A DNA stretch of 64,000 nucleotides. Source: an uncultured Chloroflexia bacterium (GTDB lineage: Bacteria; Chloroflexota; Anaerolineae; Promineifilales; Promineifilaceae). The DNA is taken from contig CAWAYB010000002.1 of NCBI GenBank assembly GCA_963786145.1, positions 226,268 to 290,267 of the forward strand, written 5' to 3'. Shown here one piece after another: positions 54,851 through 61,714 of the stretch. The notes under the pieces are model-generated. The model was not told the DNA's origin, did not search any database, and saw nothing but the letters and a program-made list of their open reading frames with translations. A program made the position numbers and the translations under genes. Position 1 is the stretch's first letter. Every line of letters begins with the position of its first letter.

Positions 54851-55913
54851 CGTGCTCTTCCTCTTCTGCCGCGACCGCTTCGGCATCCGCTTCCTGGCGG
54901 CGGCTCCGGCTGTTGTTGGCTACAATCCAGGCGGTCGATCCTCCCAGGACGAGACCAATGAGGCCTCCCTGGAACAGCAGTGTGGCGTTCTGGCTGGCTA
55001 GCGCGGATTCCAGGGCTTGAATCTGCTGTTGAGGTGACAGGCCGGTTTCTTTTTCAATCTGTTCCACAACAGGCATGTCTTCACTCGCTGCAGCGCTTTC
55101 GTTGCTTACGCTTTGTACGGTGCTGGCCCCACCCTCGTATCCGGGCAAGGAAAAGCCGGCATGCAAGGCATCGGTATGGCAAGCCACACATGTCTTCGGC
55201 GTAATCGTAAAAGCATGCCCCGTGGGTACGATTCCATCCGCCGGGGGAGTCTCGGGTGGGATCACCAGCGCATGGCAATCAACACAGCCAATATCCTTCG
55301 TGTGATGCGTATCTTCCAGGTACGCATCCATGGATTCGCCATGACAATTAATACACATGTCATCCGGATTCTCGAACAGAGCCTGTTGGCTGTGCGGATC
55401 ATGGCAGGCCGAGCAGCCGATGGTTTCCGTGGCGTGCCCGGTAAGCCGCCATTCCCCCAGAGTCGTGGTGTGGCACGTGCCGCAGTACTCGGTATCGGCC
55501 AGGATCGGCACCGGCGCCGACGGGTGGTCCGTCGCTACCTGGCCGTGGCAACCCTCACAGCTGATGCCTTCGGCGTCATATTCACCGGTGGACTGCACGT
55601 AGTTCGTGGTGTGGCAGGCCAGGCACTCTCCTGGCTCGCCCATACCCAGCCAACGCTCCTGAAACACCGGATCGCTGTACGCATTGGCGTGAGGGCTTGG
55701 CTCCCAATGACTGGAAACATCGAGGTGACAGTCCTGACACTCCTGCGTCGTATAGTACTCAACCTCGACAGCACCTTCGGGAACGGGTTCATCGTCCTGT
55801 CGTGAGTCCGCAGCGGCGGCAATCTGTACCGTTAACATCAGACTCACCAGCCCAACTGCAAGTCCTGCAAGAATGGCTCGTATGTAGGGCTGTAAGCGCG
55901 TTTTGTTACTCAT
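54837..55913 (-). CDS. Octahaem cytochrome c with C-terminal TM anchor (module 2, intact paralog)
   Basis: Start at MSNKTRL. Eight CxxCH motifs: CQDCH, CLACH, CEGCH, CGTCH, CSACH, CINCH, CVDCH, CVACH. C-terminal helix LLFQGGLIGLVLGGSTAWIVA and an acidic tail. Confidence 0.85.
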   Translation of the reverse strand: MSNKTRLQPYIRAILAGLAVGLVSLMLTVQIAAAADSRQDDEPVPEGAVEVEYYTTQECQDCHLDVSSHWEPSPHANAYSDPVFQERWLGMGEPGECLACHTTNYVQSTGEYDAEGISCEGCHGQVATDHPSAPVPILADTEYCGTCHTTTLGEWRLTGHATETIGCSACHDPHSQQALFENPDDMCINCHGESMDAYLEDTHHTKDIGCVDCHALVIPPETPPADGIVPTGHAFTITPKTCVACHTDALHAGFSLPGYEGGASTVQSVSNESAAASEDMPVVEQIEKETGLSPQQQIQALESALASQNATLLFQGGLIGLVLGGSTAWIVANNSRSRRQEADAEAVAAEEEEHDDER

Positions 55914-55988
55914 AACTCTCTCGCAGTGAGATACCTCTTGTGACACGCACCGGTATATCCAGGCGCCCGTCTCCTTGCCAAACTTTGC

Positions 55989-56933
55989 TCATGGTGAAGG
56001 AAGCGCATTCCGTTTCAGGGCCGCATTTGCTTCCTGCTGTGCAATCTCTCGGGCAATAAACTCCCAGAACGCTTCCTGAGCACCCGTTGCCGGCTTGCGC
56101 TTCTGGTAGCCGATGTGAATGTCGCGATAGATGTCGAGGCCACGGACGTTCACATGAGCTACACGGCCGTCGACCAACCTGGACACCACAATTTGAGAGA
56201 CGAAGCCAACCCCCAAACCCTCCTTCACAGAGAGTGCAATTGCCTCCGAACTTCCCAGAATGAGCATGGTGTCTAGATCTTCGATGTCCAGGCCAACGCT
56301 GGTCAGCCCCCTGCGCACCGCTGATTCAGTTCCCGAGCCTTCTTCTCTGAAAATGAATTCAGCCTCCAACAGTTCCGCTGGCTCAATTTCACCCCGGTCT
56401 GCCCACGGGTGATCTGCCGGAGCAATGAGAATTACCGGGTCAATCGTGAACCGGCGCGTCTCAACCGAGTTGCAGATCATGAACGGCTCACTGACCATCG
56501 CGATATGAACCTCGCCATCACACAGCATTTCAAATGCTTGCCCCTGCGAAGTCACGTTACACGATACACGCACCAACGGGAATTGACGGTGAAAACTGGC
56601 CAACAGCTGTGGCAAGATATATTTGCCTGGTGTCGTACTGCACCCCACTAACAAATGCCCGTGCACTTCGCCTTCCAGAGATTTCATCGTTTCCACAATT
56701 TGCACCGATCGCTCCACCATATCGCGCGCCAGGGGTAGCAGTGCCATTCCTGCTTCGGTCAGTTCCATATGCCGGCCCGAACGGTTAAACAGAGTCTGCC
56801 CGAGATTGAGCTCGAGAGACTGGATGTGCTGGCTTACGCTGGGCTGACTCATATGGAGCAGGCGCGCTGCCTGCGTGAAATTCAAGGTTTCCGCGGCGAC
56901 AAGAAACACATTAAGCTGGTGGGTATCTAACAT
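55989..56933 (-). CDS. LysR-family transcriptional regulator
   Basis: Start at MLDTHQLNVFLVAAETLNFTQAARLLHMSQPSVSQHIQSLE (classic LysR HTH), followed by a substrate-binding domain. Confidence 0.85.
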   Translation of the reverse strand: MLDTHQLNVFLVAAETLNFTQAARLLHMSQPSVSQHIQSLELNLGQTLFNRSGRHMELTEAGMALLPLARDMVERSVQIVETMKSLEGEVHGHLLVGCSTTPGKYILPQLLASFHRQFPLVRVSCNVTSQGQAFEMLCDGEVHIAMVSEPFMICNSVETRRFTIDPVILIAPADHPWADRGEIEPAELLEAEFIFREEGSGTESAVRRGLTSVGLDIEDLDTMLILGSSEAIALSVKEGLGVGFVSQIVVSRLVDGRVAHVNVRGLDIYRDIHIGYQKRKPATGAQEAFWEFIAREIAQQEANAALKRNALPSP

Positions 56934-57062
56934 GGTCGACCTCTTGTTTGTGAATATTGTAACAAAATCTATTATCAACTCAATAGTCTAGGTATCAAGT
57001 TTAATTGCTTTTCCTTATGGAGACCAAGAAGCAAAAGCTATAAGTAAAACCTTGTTTTGTAA

Positions 57063-57109
57063 TTGATTTGACTATTGATTTGGTTATACTTTTAGTGAAA
57101 TATTTCACT
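57063..57109 (+). promoter_or_regulatory. Candidate promoter and operator of the dodecahaem/rhodanese operon
   Basis: TTGATT (57063-57068), a 16-nt spacer, then TATACT (57085-57090). A perfect 16-bp palindrome AGTGAAATATTTCACT follows at 57094-57109. A tandem ATTGATTTG-ACT-ATTGATTTG overlaps the -35. Confidence 0.35.
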
Positions 57110-57169
57110 GGCGGTGCAGAATTTTGTGGTGGTCGCCCCGCTAGTCTCGATGGAAGTAAGGAGAGCACA

Positions 57170-58735
57170 TTGAAGCGAATATCTAGAAATCAGGGGGGGC
57201 TCTCTCGCTTGGCCCTCTGCTGCGGGGTGTTTGCCCTGGCGTGGCTGGCAGCTGGCTGCAGGGGCACAGGATCTGCGCCGGACACAGCCGTCGCCGGCGC
57301 CCCTCTGCTCGAACCAACGGCCGCCGGCGCCACGGCCACCAGGGAAGCAACGCCGGAACCAAAACCCACGGCCATGATTGCCGCCGCAGGCCCAGATACC
57401 TGCACTGACTGCCACACCGACAAGGACCTTCTGATTGATACTGCTGATCCGGTGGAGGAGGTAGTGAGCGAAAACGAAGGCGAAGGTTGAGGTGGTGAGG
57501 TGGCTCCGTTGGAGCCATGGGAAAAAGTACTCGTAGACGGCGAACTCTATCCGCCAACCGTTCATGGCCAGATCCCCTGCGCCGACTGCCATGCCGGCGA
57601 CCAAACAGCGACAGACAAGGCCGTTGCCCACGAAGGGTTAGTCGACAACCCCAGCAACGACCCCGACGCAACCTGTGGCGAGTGTCACCCTAACGTCGTG
57701 GCGATGAATGAATACAGCCTGCATACGAGCCTGCAGGGCTATTGGACCGTGCTCGATCAACGGGTCATACCTGAAGATCACGAGCAAGTCGAAACGATGT
57801 TCGGCAACCACTGCAACTCCTGCCATTCCAGTTGTGGCGAATGCCATGTCAGCCAACCCAATCTTGTCGGCGGTGGCCTGATCGAAGGACACCTCTTCAA
57901 TGAAACGCCTTCCATGACCCGTAACTGCACTGCCTGCCACGGCAGCCGCGTGGGCAACGAATACCTTGGCAAGCACGAAGATCTGCGCCCGGACGTTCAT
58001 TTCCGCCAGGGGCGCATGAGCTGCGTTGACTGCCACTCCGGCCATGAAATGCACGGTCAACCTGCCAATTGCGAGGAATGCCATACAGGTCCGGAAGCGC
58101 AAAGCGTGCCCCCCGCCGATCACCGTTACAGCGGCGTTCAGTCGCCACGCTGTGAAACATGCCATGTTCAGGTTGCTCTTGGTGACGATGGCATCGAGAT
58201 GCACGAGCAGCACTCCGGTGATTTATCTTGCCAGGTGTGCCATTCCATCGCCTATACCAGCTGTGACGGCTGCCACGTAGCCATCAGCGAGACCACTGGC
58301 AATGCGTTCTACGCCACGGACGGTTCCTACTTAGACTTCAAGATCGGCAAGAACCCGCTGCGCAGTTTTGACCGGCCGTATGAATATGTCACACTGCGCC
58401 ACGTCCCGGTTTCCACGGATGCCTTCGACTTCTACGGTGAAGCGCTGCAGAAGAATTTCGACGCGCTGCCGACGTGGACCTACACCACTCCGCATAACAT
58501 TCAACTCGAGACACCGCAGACGGAAAGCTGCGAAGCGTGCCACGAGAATCCTGATCTGTTCCTCACGGCCGATAAAGTGGCCGAGAACGAGCTGCAGGCC
58601 AACCTGCCCGTCATCGTCGAAAGGATCCCACCGCAAACTTTGCCAGAGGTCAGCATCGAACAATTGCTGGCCGATCCGACCACAGATATCCCTCCCGCCG
58701 AGGGTGATAGTGCTCCCGCGGAGAGTTCAAATTAG
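57170..58735 (+). CDS. Dodecahaem cytochrome c lipoprotein containing one in-frame TGA (57488-57490): selenocysteine recoding candidate, or a nonsense mutation
   Basis: TTG at 57170 follows AAGGAG; lipobox LAAGC. One CxxCH (CTDCH) lies before the TGA. After it, 11 CxxCH continue in the same frame (ORF 57500..58735), and that part has no signal peptide of its own. Confidence 0.65.
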
Positions 58736-58764
58736 GGTAAGCATACCCATTGAGGAGAAATGCA

Positions 58765-61428
58765 ATGAGAAAGTCTACTTTGTTCACGTTCATTCTGCTG
58801 TTGGGGCTGCTTCTTGCAGCCTGTGGCGGCTCCGCCGCCACAGCGCCGGATGCGGCTGCACCTGCGGCCACGGCCGTTGCGGAAGTTGTCGAAGAAGCTG
58901 TCGCTGAAGCAGAACCCGTCGTAGAAGAACCAGTAGTCGAGGAACCGGCGGCCGAGCCGGAAGCCGAAATGCCCGCCGAGACAGGCGCCGCTGATCTGGA
59001 TACCGCCTATGCAGCCTTCCTGGGCGGGATGGAAGCCTATAACACCATCGGCATTGACGAAGTCAACGAAATGATCGCCGAGGGCAACGCCCCCTTCTTG
59101 CTGGACGTCCGCGAACCCGGCGAACTGACCGAGAACGGCTGGATCGAAGGCGCGGTCAATATCCCGCTGCGTGAAGTCGCTAACAGCATCGCCTATTTGC
59201 CCAGCTTTGACACCCCCATTGTGAGCTATTGCGGCAGCGGTTGGCGCTGCACCATCGCCCTGACCGCGCTCGAAGCTCTGGGTTGGCAGGACGTGAAGGG
59301 TCTCAAAGGCGGCAGCTTCGGTGGCTGGGTGGAAGCCGGCTACCCGATCGCCGAAGGCGAAATCCCCACGCTCGTCGAACTCAACGCCGCCGAACCTGAT
59401 CCGGCTCTCCTAGCTGCTATGCAAGAAATGCTCAGCGAGGTACCGGAGGGCTTCGGCGTCATCACTGACGAACAGCTCGATACAGAGCTGGTAGAAAACC
59501 CTGATCTGATAGTCATCGACGTGCGGACCCCCGCAGAGGTCGAGGAGCAGGGCTATATGGACGCGCCCAATCTGCTGTTCATTCCTCTGGAAGAGTTTGT
59601 CGCCAGCCAGGATATGTGGCCCGCGGAAAAAGACGCGCCCATCGTGGTCTACTGTGGCAGCGGCCACCGTTCCACCATCGCCATGAGCATCCTCTGGTCC
59701 TATGGCTATACCGACGTACGCAGCCTCAAAGGTGGCTTTAGCGAATGGGCCGCCGCCGGCTACCCGTCCGTGGACGTTCCCGAAACGGCCGTGGGTGAAG
59801 GCAGCCCGCTGAATCCAGGTTTTGTCACATTCCTTGCGGGCATGGAAGCCTACAACACAATTGGTCTGGAAGACGTGAGCCTGGCACTTGCCGAAGACCC
59901 ACCCCCCTTCCTGCTTGACGTTCGTGAACCGGGCGAAATCGAAGAAAACGGTTATATCGAAGGCGCGGTCAACATTCCCCTGCGTCAGGTTGCCGACAAC
60001 ATCGCCTACCTGCCCAGCTTTGACACCCCCATTGTCAGCTACTGCGGCAGCGGTTGGCGCTGCACTATTGCCCTTACCATTCTTGAAGGCATGGGCTGGG
60101 AGAATGTGACCGGCCTTAAGGGCGGCAGCTTCGGTGGCTGGGTTGACGAAGGATACCCGGTGGCCGAAGGCCTGCCCCTGGAGCCAATGGAATTGAACGC
60201 GGCCGATCCCGATCCGGTACTCGTCGCCGCTGCCCAGGAAACGCTGAGCAACGTGCCCGACGGCTTCGGCGTCATTACCGTCGATGATCTCAACACTGCC
60301 ATTGTGGAAAACCCGGACTTGATCCTGATCGATGTGCGCACCCAGGAAGAAGTAGAGAAGAATGGCTATATCGATGCGCCAAATGTTCTCTTCATCCCTC
60401 TGGAGGAGTTCATTGCCGACCAGGACATGTGGCCCGCCGACAAAGACGCGCCGATCGTGACCTACTGTGGCAGCGGCCATCGCTCCACGATTGCCATGAC
60501 CATCCTCTGGGCCAACGGCTACAGCGACGTACGGAGCATGAAAGGCGGGTTCAACGAATGGACCGCCGCAGGCTATGCCACAGTGGGAGCGCCTGAAGCC
60601 GGGGAGACCGAGACAGCTTCTGCCCCCGTCGATCTGGACGCCGCCTTCGCCACTTTCCTGGCCGATATGGAAGTGTATAACACGATTGGCCTGGAAGATC
60701 TGAACCTGGCCCTGATCGAAGACCCGCCGCCGTTCCTGCTTGATGTGCGCGAGCCAGCGGAACTGGAAGAAAACGGGTACATCGAAGGCGCGGTCAACAT
60801 TCCATTACGTGAGGTTGCCGACAATATCGCTTACTTGCCCAGCTTTGATACGCCCATCGTAAGTTACTGTGGCAGCGGCTGGCGCTGCACCATCGCCCTT
60901 ACAGCCCTCGAAGCGATGGGTTGGCAGGATGTTAAGGGTCTGAAGGGCGGCAGCTTCGGCGGCTGGGTCGAAGAAGGGTACCCCTTCGTGGAAGGCCTGC
61001 CGTTGGAGCCGGTTGAACTGAATGCGGCCGATCCTGACCCGGCCCTTGTAGCCGCCATGCGGGAAATGCTGCAAAACGTTCCTGACGGTTTTGGTGGAAT
61101 TTCCGCCGATGATCTGAATCTGGCCATCATCGAAAACCCTGACTTGATCGTAATCGATGTGCGCACCGATGAGGAAGTGGCCGAAGACGGCATCATCGAA
61201 GCCGAAAACTGGATTCACATTCCTTTGGAATCCTTCATCGAGGAGATGGACCAATGGCCGGCTGACAAAGATGCTTCTATCGTCATCTATTGTGGCAGCG
61301 GACATCGTTCCACGATCGCCATGAGTATCCTATGGTCCTACGGCTACACGGATGTGAGCAGCCTGAAGGGTGGTTTCAGCGCCTGGGAAGCCGCCAGCTA
61401 CCCCGTTGCTGAATTCGCAGCTCCGTAA
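58765..61428 (+). CDS. Lipoprotein with six rhodanese domains (three tandem two-domain units)
   Basis: ATG at 58765 follows GAGGAG; lipobox LLAAC. Active-site loops CGSGWRC (x3) alternate with CGSGHRS (x3). Confidence 0.85.
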   Translation: MRKSTLFTFILLLGLLLAACGGSAATAPDAAAPAATAVAEVVEEAVAEAEPVVEEPVVEEPAAEPEAEMPAETGAADLDTAYAAFLGGMEAYNTIGIDEVNEMIAEGNAPFLLDVREPGELTENGWIEGAVNIPLREVANSIAYLPSFDTPIVSYCGSGWRCTIALTALEALGWQDVKGLKGGSFGGWVEAGYPIAEGEIPTLVELNAAEPDPALLAAMQEMLSEVPEGFGVITDEQLDTELVENPDLIVIDVRTPAEVEEQGYMDAPNLLFIPLEEFVASQDMWPAEKDAPIVVYCGSGHRSTIAMSILWSYGYTDVRSLKGGFSEWAAAGYPSVDVPETAVGEGSPLNPGFVTFLAGMEAYNTIGLEDVSLALAEDPPPFLLDVREPGEIEENGYIEGAVNIPLRQVADNIAYLPSFDTPIVSYCGSGWRCTIALTILEGMGWENVTGLKGGSFGGWVDEGYPVAEGLPLEPMELNAADPDPVLVAAAQETLSNVPDGFGVITVDDLNTAIVENPDLILIDVRTQEEVEKNGYIDAPNVLFIPLEEFIADQDMWPADKDAPIVTYCGSGHRSTIAMTILWANGYSDVRSMKGGFNEWTAAGYATVGAPEAGETETASAPVDLDAAFATFLADMEVYNTIGLEDLNLALIEDPPPFLLDVREPAELEENGYIEGAVNIPLREVADNIAYLPSFDTPIVSYCGSGWRCTIALTALEAMGWQDVKGLKGGSFGGWVEEGYPFVEGLPLEPVELNAADPDPALVAAMREMLQNVPDGFGGISADDLNLAIIENPDLIVIDVRTDEEVAEDGIIEAENWIHIPLESFIEEMDQWPADKDASIVIYCGSGHRSTIAMSILWSYGYTDVSSLKGGFSAWEAASYPVAEFAAP
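58990..61428 (+). repeat. Tandem triplication (~815-bp unit) inside the rhodanese gene
   Basis: Units start near 58990, 59810 and 60628. The protein repeats align almost residue for residue (AYNTIG...FLLDVREPGE...NIPLR(E/Q)VA(N/D)(S/N)IAYLPSFDTPIVSYCGSGWRCTIALT...). Confidence 0.85.
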
Positions 61429-61459
61429 GCACATTCTAGGGATAAGTCGCCTTGAAAAT

Positions 61460-61495
61460 GGGGGTTCCCTTCACTGGAAGGGGCCCCCTATTTTG
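61460..61495 (+). terminator. Intrinsic terminator after the rhodanese gene
   Basis: GGGGG..CCCTTC-ACTG-GAAGGG..CCCCC hairpin (61460-61488) followed by TATTTT. Confidence 0.55.
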
Positions 61496-61554
61496 ATCTC
61501 CCGTTGCCTCGCTCAGTCCCTGTTCATAAACTCGCTGGACCCCGGCGCTTAGGG

Positions 61555-61560
61555 TATAAT
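61555..61560 (+). promoter_or_regulatory. Consensus -10 hexamer (TATAAT) upstream of gyrA; no convincing -35
   Basis: TATAAT at 61555-61560, about 155 nt upstream of the proposed gyrA start. Confidence 0.25.
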
Positions 61561-61714
61561 TGGGGACAATGTAACAGCTATTTTCACCATGAAAATTCGC
61601 CCATCCTGATGGTGAGATCCCGCACCAAGTTTGTCAGAAACACAAGGATAGGAAAACACCCGTCACGGCCGACAGCCCCACAAATAGCGGCTGGCAAGTG
61701 GCAGGGAGGTTGGC

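Noticed and set aside
57500-58735. Treating ORF 57500..58735 (GTG start) as an independent 11-haem cytochrome gene
   Set aside because: It has no signal peptide or lipobox, so it could not be exported for haem attachment. It is in the same frame as the upstream lipoprotein ORF, separated by one TGA. I therefore annotated one gene (57170..58735) with a recoding/nonsense question.
59410-60480. 356-aa minus-strand ORF (also 60805..61305)
   Set aside because: They are antisense to the six-rhodanese gene. Their repetitiveness only mirrors the coding-strand triplication.
42499-61428. Lower ACGGCCGT density in the cytochrome island (9 copies in ~19 kb) as a sign of horizontal acquisition
   Set aside because: About 13-14 copies are expected at the window average. 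The deficit is within Poisson noise, and I could not compute composition or codon statistics.
58990-61428. A regular ~815-bp tandem repeat as a possible CRISPR or satellite array
   Set aside because: The repeats are far too long for a CRISPR array, they are in frame, and they encode rhodanese domains with conserved catalytic loops. This is an intragenic domain triplication.
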